Source of the DNA: Neophaeotheca triangularis
Lineage: Eukaryota
Reading direction: 5' to 3'
DNA: 64,000 nt
Assembly (NCBI GenBank): GCA_054600435.1
Contig: BAAIJX010000013.1
Location: 186,001-250,000, forward strand
This document shows, one piece after another, positions 10,603 through 22,526 of this stretch. The position numbers and the translations under genes are program-made. The notes below the pieces were generated by a model, which did no database searches, was not told where the DNA came from, and saw only the letters and a list, made by a program, of their open reading frames with translations. Position 1 is the stretch's first letter; each line of letters opens with the position of its first letter.

Positions 10603-12327
10603 ATGGCCATGTCCACAATTGTACTCACCGCAATCGCTAGCAGTATTACCGGGGCGAAAATTGCAACTGCTTACGATGCCGATACCGCTCTCGCTTGCGA
10701 CTCGTCGAGCATTCCCTGGCCAAGGATCTTTGGCGCAGAAATTACTGGATTGACTGCGGTCCAAGTTTCCGACTACACTGATTGGGAATCCGCTGACGAC
10801 CTCTCTGAACCCGACAGCCGAGCCATCAGCTTCTGCAATGTAACAATCTCTCATACCCACCCGGGCTGGAACGATAACCTCACGACAGAGCTCTGGCTAC
10901 CGCTCTCACCCGTCTGGAATGGTCGCTTCATGGGAACTGGAGGCGGCGGCTGGGCCACTGGCAGCCCAACCGCACGAGCTGGCCCCGTAGCCCTGGGTTA
11001 CGCAGCAGCGAGTACCGACGGTGGACGCGGTTTGTACGTACCTGGATCCGCCGAGGGCTGGTCTCTACTATCGCCCGGCAACCCCAACTGGCCCTTGATC
11101 CAAGACTTTGCAGCTGTAGGTATCGATGACATGACGAAAATTGGCAAAGCGGTCACGACCAGCTTCTACGGCCGAGAGATCAAGTACAACTATTGGTATG
11201 GATGCTCCACCGGCGGCCGTCAGGGTCTGATGCACGCCCAGCGATTCCCGGAAAACTACGACGGCATCCTCGCCACAGCACCTGCCATCAACTGGGTAGA
11301 GATTGGCACGGCCGGCTACTGGACTGCCCACGTCATGCAGCAGCTAGGCTACTACCCGCCACCCTGCGAGCTCGACTACTACAACCAAGCCGCAATCTAC
11401 GCCTGCGACACGCTCGACGGCATCGAAGACGGCATCATCTCGGCCCCGGACCTGTGCAACTTCAACCCACACAGCATCGCCGGCACGGAAATCACCTGCC
11501 CCTCGGCCGAAAACCCCGCCGACACAACCCCCTTCACCCTAACCCCGCTCGGCGCCACCGTCGCCCTCGCCACCTGGACCGGCATGGTCAACCCACCCAA
11601 CACCACGACCAACCCCTCCCCCGCCCCCAAACACGAATGGTACGGGCTGGAACCGGGCGCCTTCCGCGCCTTCACCCTCTGCACCCCCCCCTCCAACCCA
11701 AACAACTGCACCTTCATCCCCTCCGGCATCGCCGAGCAATGGATCCGACTCTACCTGATCCAAGACCCGGCCTCGGACCTCTCCACCCTCTCGACCGCGC
11801 GCTTCTTCGAACTCCTAGCCTTCGCCCGCAACCAATGGGACTCGATCATCGGCACGCGCGACCCGGATCTCAGCCGCTTCAAATCGCGCAAGGGCAAACT
11901 CATCACCTACCACGGCATGGCGGACGGGCTGATCCCGACGGCCGGCAGCGCGGACTACTACCAGCGTGTGCGAACCCTGGATCCGCACGTCGCCGACTAC
12001 TATCGCTATTATGAGGCGCCTGGAGTGGCGCATTGTGTGCCCGGGGAGGGCAAGAGTGTGTACCCTGCGCAGGCTTTTGAGGAGCTGAGGCGTTGGGTGG
12101 AGGAGGAGAGGGCGCCGGAGTGGCTGGTGGGGACTGTGAGTGAGGCGGGGGAGTTTGTCGACGAGCAGAGGAAGATTTGCCAATGGCCGCAAGTGGCGGT
12201 TTTGCGGGACGGGGCGACCAGAGGGGAGGTGGGGGCTTGGGAGTGTGTGGATGGGTTTGGGTATGGGGGTGTTGGACAGGGAGGTAGCTTGCTGGGCGAG
12301 CTGGACAATAGGAGGACGGAGCTTTGA
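10603..12327 (+). CDS. Tannase/feruloyl esterase
   Basis: WNGRFMGTGGGG, YGCSTGGRQG nucleophile motif, CDTLDG, YHGMADGLIP, APGVAHC; N-terminal signal-like segment. Confidence 0.93.
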   Translation: MAMSTIVLTAIASSITGAKIATAYDADTALACDSSSIPWPRIFGAEITGLTAVQVSDYTDWESADDLSEPDSRAISFCNVTISHTHPGWNDNLTTELWLPLSPVWNGRFMGTGGGGWATGSPTARAGPVALGYAAASTDGGRGLYVPGSAEGWSLLSPGNPNWPLIQDFAAVGIDDMTKIGKAVTTSFYGREIKYNYWYGCSTGGRQGLMHAQRFPENYDGILATAPAINWVEIGTAGYWTAHVMQQLGYYPPPCELDYYNQAAIYACDTLDGIEDGIISAPDLCNFNPHSIAGTEITCPSAENPADTTPFTLTPLGATVALATWTGMVNPPNTTTNPSPAPKHEWYGLEPGAFRAFTLCTPPSNPNNCTFIPSGIAEQWIRLYLIQDPASDLSTLSTARFFELLAFARNQWDSIIGTRDPDLSRFKSRKGKLITYHGMADGLIPTAGSADYYQRVRTLDPHVADYYRYYEAPGVAHCVPGEGKSVYPAQAFEELRRWVEEERAPEWLVGTVSEAGEFVDEQRKICQWPQVAVLRDGATRGEVGAWECVDGFGYGGVGQGGSLLGELDNRRTEL

Positions 12328-12739
12328 TTTGTTGAATGTCGGGCTGTGTTGTGTTGGGTCAGATTTTTAAGATTGTCATGATACTTCTTCCTCGACTCGC
12401 TGCGACCTCAGTCTAGCCTCGTATTAAAGCGTCTTGCATCAATTGCATCGCACAACACAACTCGTTGGTTCGTGCATTTGCGCAAAGCATTGCAACAACC
12501 GGGTTGCGCGTATCCTAAGCATAATAGGAACCAAGCTCCACCCAACCATACTCAAGACCCATGAAGCTCTGCTCGCAACGCTTGCAAGAAAGCAGCTTCA
12601 TCGAACTCACGAGTCCGGCCTGCCTCCTCACGCTGCAGCCGACCTGACCTTCACGCTCCCCAATTCGCGTTAGTAAACCACATTGCAAGCATCACAAAGC
12701 CCTTCAATCCTCGCAAAAACACAATCACACCGCAACTTC

Positions 12740-14494
12740 TTACCGTCCCCCGCTTTCATCGTTCCACCTGCTGCTCATGCCAGCCCCAAAGCCCACAGCC
12801 TTGGCATCTTCATCCATAATCTGTGCTTCCAGCTGTTCTCGGAAATTCATGTCGGCGTCCCGGGCGCCTTGCTCGTCTAGATAGCTGCCGTGGTGAGTTT
12901 GCATCATGCCGCTGCTGGAGGGCTGGTGCGAGAAGTGCTGAGATTGCGCCGCCCATTGCATGATTTGGGGGTCTACCGGCGTTTCGTCCATGTCGTAAGC
13001 CGTGCTTTGGGGCTGTTGGAACATCATTTGCGCGGTTGTGCCAGGGTAGTGCTGGGGTTGTTGTTGGTGTTGTGGTTGTTGGTGGGAGTCGTGCTGGGTG
13101 TTGTGTTGCATATGCTGTAGATGGTGCCGCTGTTGGGTTTGTTGCTGGACTTGCTGTTGCAGATGATGTTGTTGGGTAAAGGCGTCCTGTACGGTGCTGA
13201 GACTGGCATCGTCTTCGACATCTTGTGGTGGTTGTTGAAGCTGGCTTGGGCTCATGGTGCTGGGACTGGCCGCGCCACTGGCTTCACCGGGACGAGATTT
13301 AGTCTTGCGGATTGTCTTCTCCCCTGCGCTCTGACTTGTACCTTCACCACTGTCACTGTTGGACATTGGTGCACCTTGCGTCTTACGAGCTGTCTTTCCA
13401 CCATTGGTCGTAGCAGTCTCGTTCGCCTTGGGAGGGTTGTCACCCTGACATTTGAGGCAATTCTTAATCGCAAGGCTGACCGTCTCCTTGATACGAACCC
13501 AGTGGTATTTCTCCGCAATCACAGCTGTCGTTTTGTTGATACCGCCGTGGTTGTTGCTGTGTATGCTACGCGCGATTTCGTACTGCTTGTGAGGATCCGA
13601 GACAACTTCCTTGCCCTTGAGCATGAGTTTGTCTTCTTCGTCGTCGTTGCCGCTGGGCTCGAGCCGGTAGTGAGTTGCCGCACTGCGAAGACGTGATTTC
13701 TCGGCGCGATCGCTACCGGCGGGGTACGATTGCGTCTTGAGGTAGAATCGAATTTTATCAAAACGCTCTTCGGTGACGTATTCATCGCCTTCAACACCTA
13801 GGTCTCGACCGAAGATGATGGCGTCTACCATGCCGTCGGGGTGGGATTTGAGGTTGCCACAGCCCTTGACGCGACCGATGCGCTTGAATCCTAAAGCGTC
13901 CCAAATCCGTAGCGAAGCCACATTGGTCTCGTAAACGAGGTTGAAGACACTGTAGGTGTAGCCCAGCTTTGGTGCCCAGTCAAGGTAGCCTTCTCCCATA
14001 AGCCGACCTACACCACGGTTGCGTGCCGCGTCAGTGACAAGGAAGCCTCCGTTGCAGACATGACTGCTGCGGCCGGGGTAGTTGGGCTTGATGTAAAAAC
14101 TGCCAAGGCATTGCTTGGACCAATCGCAGCCTTGAGCTTCCATGACCATGAGGTCTTCGACCATTTGTATGTCGCCGAGCAACATGATGGCACCGAAGTT
14201 GGCAAACCAATAAGGGGCGAAGGAGTTGAGAGGGAGCGGGTCGATCATGGGGTAGGTGTCGCCCTTCTCAATCTCAAGGTTCAGGAGGTCACAGAGATAG
14301 GCAGCCAGCCTAGGCGGCACTTGAGTAGGGGCAGAGAAAGGGAGTAGAGTAGCGGTAGTGATGCGGTCGCGAAGTGTGACCTGCTTGGGCATAATGTCTG
14401 GTGGGAGGGGTCCATGAGGGAGAGGGAAGGGGGCTTCTCCAGACATGCGGTAGATGGTCGGAGCCGTGGGGTCATCCAGCATGGCGGGCGACAT
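12740..14494 (-). CDS. SPT10: Spt10-like GNAT histone acetyltransferase with H2C2 zinc finger
   Basis: GSFYIKPNYPGRSSHVCNGGF GNAT core; H..HGGINKT..YHW..C..C zinc finger; Q-rich tail. Confidence 0.9.
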   Translation of the reverse strand: MSPAMLDDPTAPTIYRMSGEAPFPLPHGPLPPDIMPKQVTLRDRITTATLLPFSAPTQVPPRLAAYLCDLLNLEIEKGDTYPMIDPLPLNSFAPYWFANFGAIMLLGDIQMVEDLMVMEAQGCDWSKQCLGSFYIKPNYPGRSSHVCNGGFLVTDAARNRGVGRLMGEGYLDWAPKLGYTYSVFNLVYETNVASLRIWDALGFKRIGRVKGCGNLKSHPDGMVDAIIFGRDLGVEGDEYVTEERFDKIRFYLKTQSYPAGSDRAEKSRLRSAATHYRLEPSGNDDEEDKLMLKGKEVVSDPHKQYEIARSIHSNNHGGINKTTAVIAEKYHWVRIKETVSLAIKNCLKCQGDNPPKANETATTNGGKTARKTQGAPMSNSDSGEGTSQSAGEKTIRKTKSRPGEASGAASPSTMSPSQLQQPPQDVEDDASLSTVQDAFTQQHHLQQQVQQQTQQRHHLQHMQHNTQHDSHQQPQHQQQPQHYPGTTAQMMFQQPQSTAYDMDETPVDPQIMQWAAQSQHFSHQPSSSGMMQTHHGSYLDEQGARDADMNFREQLEAQIMDEDAKAVGFGAGMSSRWNDESGGR

Positions 14495-15260
14495 GTTGGC
14501 TGAGAGGTGTAGGTGTAGGAGGTATGTAGCTATACTTTTTCCATCATGTTAGCCTACCTAGGTACCTCTTTTCTTTGCCTAAAAAGGAAAGCATGACATA
14601 GCATGAAATAGCATGCCGTGCAATGCCATGCCATGCCCTTTCACTACTGTGCAGCGTAGTAGCCTGTCAACAAGCACCGAAGCAGCTCGCTCCAACCGGA
14701 AGGAAGAGGCAAGTACTAGTGAGTGGTGGTGGAAGAGTTGACGGGATGACGGAGAGGTGTGCGATACGATATGATACGATTTGGAAGGTAAGGTAAAGTC
14801 ATGTACTGACCTGGGCTGTGCGTTTTGGCTGGTGTTGCTGCTGCTGCCTAGCCGTCACTGGTGGACGAGGAGAGGTTGTCGTCGTCGGTATAGAGAAAAC
14901 GACTGTCAAGATGAGAACTGCAGCGCATTCGTGGTACTGCTTGCTCATTGGTCCTTTCACTCAACCCGCTAGCCGAGGGCTTTATTGCCGGCTGTCGGCG
15001 GATCAAGTATCTATCACAGACCTCACTCATACACAATACATTGGTCACGCGATTTAACGCCGAAGGGTCGTTTTGTTAGCTTGGATGGGGATCGAGCTGT
15101 TGGGATTTGGAGGGTGTAGTATTAGTGTCGTTCGTGATCTGCAGACACTACCAGCTGGCAGCAAGTTGCCGGGAGCATATCTTGTGAGGTCGCCTAGAAG
15201 AGACAATCTCCAATTATCGAGAAACTTCGGCTGCTGAGAGGTCGGGCTGCATCCATCCCT

Positions 15261-16264
15261 CTACAAAGCCGCCCTCCCCTTCCCAACAACCCCCCACCTC
15301 CCGCCCTCGCCCTCCCTCGCCCTCCCCTCCCCCTCCAACTTCCGCAAAACCAAAACCACCCCACCTTCAGCCGGCCCGTGCAAACTCTCCGGATACCCCT
15401 TGTAAACAACCTTCACAACGTCCAAACTCGTCAAACCCTCGTCGCCAGCTTCCGTCAGCACATTCAAAATCTGCTCCTCGCGCTCCCGGCGGTGGGAGAG
15501 GTACTCGTCGATTTTGGCCGGGGCGTTGGGGATGAGGGCGCCGTGGCCGGGGTAGGCTCGCGCTTGCGCTTGCGCTTGAGCTTTCGTCGTGGGAGTGGGA
15601 CTGGGCAGGGAAGTTTTGAGTTTGGAGAGGGAGGTGAGGTAGGCGGCTAGGTCTTCGAAGACGGCTGTGCCGTGGCCCAGCACGTTGTCGCCGGTGAAGA
15701 GGGCGCTTTCTTCTTGCAAGAGGAAGGAGATGTGGTCGGCGGTGTGGCCGGGAGTGTGCAGGGCGCGGAGCGTGGCGCCTGGGACCGTGAAAGTTTGGTG
15801 GTCGGAGATGTCGGCATGGTTCGGGTCCGTGGAGGGCACGGTTTGGTTTTTGTGGATGTGGGCGTTGGGGCAGAGGGTTTGGAAGTCGCCGAGGCCGCCG
15901 ACGTGGTCCGGGTGCCAGTGGGTTAGGAGCAAGATGGTGATTTGGCAGTTTTCCGTTGCGAGGGTTTGGGCGAGGTGGGTTTTCCACGACGGGATGCCTT
16001 GGCCTGAGTCGATGAGGATGCGGTCGCGGCCGGTGCCGACGAGGTAGGTGTTTGTTCCTGGAAGGCGGAGGTTAGGCTCAGGAGTTGTAGTGGTTGGATA
16101 TTGGGGAGGGTTGTACCTTGAAGTGTGAACTATGCGTGATTGTTAGTGGCGGTTGGGTTGGTTTGGGGTGGTGGAAGTACTTTGCTGGGGTTGCCACCGA
16201 GGATACGAATGACTCTCGGGCTTAGACGCTCGACATCTTCGAGATGCGGTAGTCCGGTCGCCAT
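15261..16264 (-). CDS. Metallo-beta-lactamase fold protein (LACTB2-like)
   Basis: RILGGNPSK-FTLQG-TNTYLVG, THWHPDHVGG, HTPGHT, FTGD, YPGHG. Introns 16130-16180 and 16058-16116. Confidence 0.9.
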
Positions 16265-17396
16265 GTTACGAGATTGACGGAGTCTGACAGTGCACTGGTT
16301 TTGAGACAATATAGCTCCGACGCGAATGAACGAGGTAACTTTAGACGAAACGATGCTGGCATTTAACAATGGTCTTGAGTGTGACGTTGGTCTCATTCGA
16401 ATGCTCACGTCGAGATCCAAACGTTAGCCTGGCAAATGCCTCGATGCGCTCGACCTTCTCACGCGGTGGTGACAGCAGTCTTGAGTTGGAAGAGTGCAGT
16501 ATGGTCGTCAGTCAAACGAAAGTAGTATTCAGTCACAACAGTTCCTACGGTACCTAATGTAGTGAAAAGCGGTACCTTAAGTGAATCTCCCCCGGAATTA
16601 CCGAGGTCAAAACGCGGTCCTCCTACAGCCAAGCCGTAAGGTAAAGTGCTTGCAGCAACAACAACAACGAGCCTCTCAAACAACGTACATCGATTAAGCA
16701 TAACTTAGGTAATCTATAATCTATAAGCCCTCCACCCCCGGAGCGCCTACGCTTAGAAGCAAGAAAAACCAAAAAAACCGAAAAAAAAACTGTACGAATT
16801 CCCCCGACGGACGAAAACAACAACAGACAAAGCGAAAAAGCCATCCATGGTGAGGAAAGCTGTTTCAGCCAGGCGATCAGGGAAGAAACGCCGCTCTTCC
16901 CTTCTTCGCGATCAGAGCCGTCGCTGAAAGACCCAGATACACCACGATTGCACGCCGTCGTCTTTGAAAAACTGCGTGGAGGGGTCTGCTGAGATTAGCC
17001 CCCTTCGCTCTCTTCTTCCCCGTCTCTGTTCGTTGCCTTCTCAGTCTGTTTCGTGAACGCCGTGCTCAGCCCTTTTGCTTGTTGGTAGCGCTTCCGCCAG
17101 TCCTTTCGAGACAGGCTTGGCTTCAAAGCCAGCTAAAGTCTCCGCGCTCCGATTCCAAGGGCTTGACGAAGAACAATCTCCTTCTGCGAATTCACAAAGC
17201 TCGAGAGCAGGGGTTCCGTCGCCAGCTCCGAGGGTGCGTGCAAAGCGAGCAGGGAGAAACCATGACGTGGTCTGAGGCTTCGTTGACTCTGCTGAGCCAC
17301 AAGCGTTAGGTTCATATGAACCAGAGATTGAGCCTTCTTCTTGTTTAGCAATAGAATGGTAACACATGTAGTGCAGGCTTCAGCATCGAAAATCGT

Positions 17397-20102
17397 CTAC
17401 CTGGTGCTCCCCAATCTCGCGAGAATCTCCGCCATGTTGACTTGTCCACCTGGCGGCTGCTGTCGGGGTGGTGCCTGAGGCGGTATCGACGGTGTTTGAG
17501 GCGCTGATGGAAGTTGTTGCTGTTGTTGCTGTTGTTGCAGCATACCAGCCAACGCTGGATTCGCACGGAGGGCGGCAAGTGGGTCTTGCTGTCCAGGCGG
17601 TGGTCCAGCGTACTGTCCATAAGGTTGCTGAGGGGGATATTGTGCGGAATGAGCTTGACCAGGAGTCGACTGTTGCTGACCGCTCATTGCAGCGAGTAGA
17701 TTTTGAAGGTTGCTTGGGTCGAGGTTGCCCAAGACTTGCTGGAGACTCTGCGTTTGAGCCTGGGGTGGTGGTGGTTGCTGCTGTGGGTAACCGGGAGGGT
17801 AACCTTGTGGCAGTTGGGGCGGAGGTGGGTGACCGTACGGCTGTGCCTGTTGTTGCGGTGTCGGGTTGTAACTGTACGGCTGCGGGGGAGCTGTGCTTGG
17901 TAGTCCGTACTGCGGATACTGACCGTACTGCTGGGGTGGTTGTGGCGGCATGGCGGCAGCAGCTTGCTGCTTGGCGCGCTTTACGAGCTCAACGCAGATG
18001 TGTGGTTCGATAGCGTTGTACTCCTCGAAAGATACGTTCCCAGTTCCACCTCGTCGATCGAAGAGCCGCAGATCGAGTCGGCCTGTGTCTTGATTGCGCC
18101 TCACGAGTTTACAGACGGCCTGTACACCTTCGATGATCTGGCGACGCACCACTGCTGCCTCGTCCAGTCTGGGCGACATGATCAGGCTCTCTGCCCTGAG
18201 ACCTCGACTATTGAACTGTTCCTCAACCCATTGAATGAAGTCCCGGCTTAGCGCTTCGATCACCAAGATTTGAACAGCTGGCACGTTGTGAGGGGCGCGA
18301 CGGGGTAGAGGCAGATCGTCGCCTGGACTCGCACCCCTTCTGCGGGGACTTGGGCTGCGGTAACGACGATAACCCGGTGAGCGCGAGCGGCTGCGGTAGC
18401 GATCGTCGTACCTATCTCTGTAGCTTCGTGGTGGCGGAGACGGAGACCTGTAGCCGCCCCTGTATCCATCTCTTGAAGCCCTCCCGGAAACGTCTGGACC
18501 ATTGCGACCAAAGCGATCGACTCCGTTAGTAGGCGGGGCTCGGCGGTTTGCGTCGGGTGAACGAGACCGTCTGGTGGGTGGGTTGACGGCTCCGACACGG
18601 TTCTTTTGGGGCTTGCTAATCTCGAGGTCTGTCAAAGCATTAGTAAAAGTCTTGTAATAAAGCGGGCAGACTCTACTTACGAATGCGCTTGTCCCGAATC
18701 TGCCTCCCCTGCTCAACATCCAAAGCTCTTTGACAGTCCTCCTTTCTCAGATACTGCACAAAACCATACGCCTGCTTGATTGAGATTTGCGCGAGAGCAC
18801 CGTAATGGTGAAAGACGTGGAAGATGTCGCGCTTGGTGACTCGCTCACTAGAGAGGTTCCCTGAAAGCCGTTAGTTTCGCTCCTCTGTGTGCCAATACCA
18901 TAGAAAAACATACCAACAAAGAGCCTAGACCCAGGAGGGAATTGCTCCCAGCGTCCCTCTGCCACATAGGCTCGCTCTTCGACGATGAATTGATCGAACT
19001 TCCGTTGCGTCTCCTGTGTCCATTTCATATCCTCTTCTCTTATTGGTTCTCCTTGTGTGAGGTTGCGCTCCCTGCGGCTTTCCAAAGGCGTGCCGGAGCT
19101 AGTGCGAGAGTGCTGGGCTGCCTGTTGAGCCGGAGTCGTATCAGGGGATGCTTGCGGATGCGTGACAGGATGCGCCTGCCCATTTTGCACAGGTTGGGAG
19201 GCAACAGCTGGGATAAACTGTCGCGAAGAAGGGTCCACAGCATTGCCTGCACCGTTGGTGCGGGACTGCGGTTGGAAGGCGGGATGCGCGGCATGAGGGT
19301 GGTAGTCGCGGATGTGTTGTGAGTGAACATAGTTTGGATGGATGAGTGGCTGCTCTTGCGGCGGAGGACGCGATGGTAGACCTGCGCCCGGGGCAGGTCC
19401 AAGGCCAGACGCAGTCACAGGAGAAGAGATACCTGACGCAGCAGGGGGCTGGGCTTCGGAGTTCTCCAACCCAGGAGCAGTGTTGGACATGGGTACTGTA
19501 TCGGAAGGTGCGTGATTAAGGCTGGCCAACAGGGCTTGAAAGTCTATTGGTGCAGAGCTGGCCGCCGCCGCCGCCTCCTGAGGTTGCTCTGGCGGGACCT
19601 CAGTAGATTGGGCTGGGATGTCGGATTGATCTGGCTGGGACATGCCAGAAGACGTGGCGGGATCAACGTTGGGTTGGGTCGCATGGCCCAAAGGTTCGCC
19701 CGTTGCCGGCTCGGTGTTGAGCTGAATGTTTGCTTCATAAGCAGCTCCGTTGGCCTGCTTCACTCCCTGGTCTGGTGCCGGCTCTTTGCTGGTGATGTTC
19801 TCTCTTTGCGACGTCTCGGGTTGTTGAGCAGGTTGGTTGGCTTTGTCGGCCTCTCCCTCGTTGTTTGACTCCTGCGTAGCCTTCTCCCCGCCCTCCTTCC
19901 AAGCATCTGGCCTCACTTCGGTATTGTGCATGGAGGGGTCGCTCATGTGGACTTCGGTCTGATTGAAGGCTATGTCCATCTGATTCTCGAGAATGGGTAT
20001 ATTGGAGGGCTGTTGAAAGTGCAGCGGTTTGGGCGATGCGGGAGACAGCGGCGTATGCTCGCTCGTATATTGAGGATCTTCAGGTGGAGCGCCAGACTGC
20101 AT
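17397..20102 (-). CDS. Nab3-like RRM RNA-binding protein with RS-rich and Q/P-rich regions
   Basis: SRLFVG-NLSSERVTKRDIFHVFHHYGALAQISIKQAYGFVQY RRM. Introns 18862-18913 and 18629-18680; likely ATG at 20102. Confidence 0.85.
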
Positions 20103-21286
20103 GTGTAGTTTCAATAGCGGCGCATCAGCGCGGCGCGGCGAGGAAGACGAAGGGTGGGAATGGGAGCCTTGTGGAAGGCAAGGCACTGCGCATGCTCTGG
20201 TTCAAACAGTCGCGCACGGGTGAGGCAGTAGTCGGAGAGGATGGAGATTGGGTGTCGGGAGTGAAGTTTTGATCTGAGAGGCAAGTGGGTGAGTGGCAAT
20301 GCCAGGCAGAAAGTTGGGCAACACAGATGGTTCAGTTCAGTGTTCAGTGCGGGACAGGCGAGATTGATGGGTAGGCAGTCAAGGTATTGGTTGTGCCACG
20401 ACGCGCACAAGGTGAGTGAGTGATGGTGAAGTGGTAGGAGGTGGGTAGGCAGAGAGGCAGATGGGTTGTTGGAGCGGGCAAACCAAACCAAGTACCTTTT
20501 TGGGCTGAAGATGGTGGAGGTGGAGGTGGTCGCAGTGTGAAGTAAGTCCGGAGAGGTGGGGGAGCAGTACCTAGTTATGTAGGTAGGGTAAGGTAGGTGG
20601 TGAGGCGTTGATAGGGCGTTTTGATTATAGTTGTAGGTAGTAGTAGTAGTAGTAGTAGTATCTGATCCTGGAAGCTTTCGAGAAGGACGACGTCGACACA
20701 GTACTAGTGGAGGAGAATGGTGACGGGGACGGGAGGTATAGAGGTAGTAAAGCGAGAGATATTGGTGGTGACGAGCAGAAGAAGGTTAGGTAAGGTAGTG
20801 GAGGTTACTTAGGTAAGGTTATGTAGGTTTTTGTGGGAAAGATGATGATAATGATAATAACAATTTATTATTATTTCCGTCCAGGTATTCTGAAGCACAG
20901 ATGTCGTTATAATAATAAGGTACCTCAAGGTCCATGTAGGTGCCCTGGGTGGTGGTACACACCTGGGCAATACCTCTCAATAATATTGAATAATAGTAAT
21001 GATACCACCACAAATGCGCCGGCCAAACCTCGGCAGCAGCCCCGTCTGTTGAATTTGGATAAATTCAAATAACGTAACAGAAGCCACAATTTTCGCAGCT
21101 CAGACCTCACAAAGTCCACCCATTTCCAGCCCATTCGTGCCCATTGCCCAGCTTTGGCAAGGCTGCTAAGGCAGAGGTGGGTATATAATCCCCCCAACGT
21201 TTGTCTAGCACCAAATCGTCGATTTTCCTGACACTCATCGACCGTGAAAGCTGAGCTGGCTCCGACAAGGCGATTACGCGCGGGTG

Positions 21287-21967
21287 ATGCTTCGATATGG
21301 GGCATATGGCGTGACAAGAGTCCAGAGCCGTGCTCAGAGTCGGCAGCCGCTTCTGCTCATCATCCCATCACCCCTAGCTGCACCCACGAGACACGCCGGA
21401 CGCGAGCTGTCGAGCTGTCAATCTTGCTTCCCACCAACCCATGAGCGTTTCTACGCGACCAAACGGGAACCTGGTGCTGCGGGCTCCGACGACGAAGATG
21501 TCGAGGTGGCAAGGCGCTGGCTGAAGACCCTCAATCCGGACACCATCCCCAAGCACATTTGCGACGTTTCATTCTCTCGCTCGTCTGGACCAGGAGGCCA
21601 AAATGTCAACAAGGTCTCTTCCAAGGCGACTCTGCGCATTCAGACTGACCGTCTTTTGCCCTTGGTGCCCAAATTGCTTCAATCGGCCGTCTTGAATAGT
21701 CGATATCACGCAGCCAAGAGTGGAGATATCGTTGTTCAAGCCGACGATTCTAGGAAGCAGACTGATAATGTCAATGGCTGTATGCGGAAGCTGTATCAGC
21801 TGCTCGAACAGGCTGGGAAAGATGCCGTGCCTGGCGAAACTAGCCCAGAGCAAACTAAGAGGGTCGAGGAGTTGCAGAAGAGGGAAAAGAAGCAGACGAG
21901 GGAGCTGAAGGAGAAGCTGAGTAGTAAGAAGAGTGCTAGACGGGGCGCTGGCAAGGCGGATTACTGA
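21287..21967 (+). CDS. PTH4: Mitochondrial peptidyl-tRNA hydrolase (ICT1/Pth4-like, RF-1 domain)
   Basis: FSRSSGPGGQNVNKV (GGQ motif), basic C-terminal tail, Arg-rich N-terminus. Confidence 0.88.
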   Translation: MLRYGAYGVTRVQSRAQSRQPLLLIIPSPLAAPTRHAGRELSSCQSCFPPTHERFYATKREPGAAGSDDEDVEVARRWLKTLNPDTIPKHICDVSFSRSSGPGGQNVNKVSSKATLRIQTDRLLPLVPKLLQSAVLNSRYHAAKSGDIVVQADDSRKQTDNVNGCMRKLYQLLEQAGKDAVPGETSPEQTKRVEELQKREKKQTRELKEKLSSKKSARRGAGKADY

Positions 21968-22526
21968 GTGCGCGTCTCACTTACCCAAGGTTGTCATTCG
22001 AGACTCGTGCCTATGTTGTCCACCGCCACTGTCCTAGGACTACGTCGTGCTCAAAGATCAGGCCGACCCATCACTGCTAAGTTGGAAAAACGGTTTCCAG
22101 ACTGGGATGAGTTCCACGTCCAAACCTTGTGGTTTGTCGACTGGTGTTGTCGATTGAGCATGATTGGTTCAGGGTGGATCGAGCTTTCAGTCCAAAGTAC
22201 CCTTGCAAAATCGCAGATCGTCCGGCATCTGCATGTTCAATCCTGGCTTAGAAGGCTTGGAAATTATATACCAATATCACTTGTCACTGGTGGAATGCGC
22301 TGATGCTCATGATGGTATTTGTTGCGATGAATTGGGTTTCCCTGACGCTCGATTAGGCCCTACGCACATCCAATACATGCAGCGCCTTTGCCACGCATTT
22401 CAAAACTCTCCACCAACATCTCTTGCCTGCCTCTCCCGTTGTCAAAGTAAGCACTTTTGTTGCATCATCAATCTATCATCTATCCAAAAAATCCTGGGTA
22501 TCTATCATACAGAAACAACACACATC

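Noticed and set aside
13440..13580. Integrase-like H2C2 zinc finger suggesting a retrotransposon
   Set aside because: It is the normal Spt10 DNA-binding domain; no RT, integrase core or LTRs are present.
17041..17400. Possible intron overlapping the Nab3-like stop (GTAGAC..CTAAC..CAG) and a downstream 108-aa ORF
   Set aside because: The donor is weak and the extension has no recognisable motif, so it cannot be supported without transcripts.
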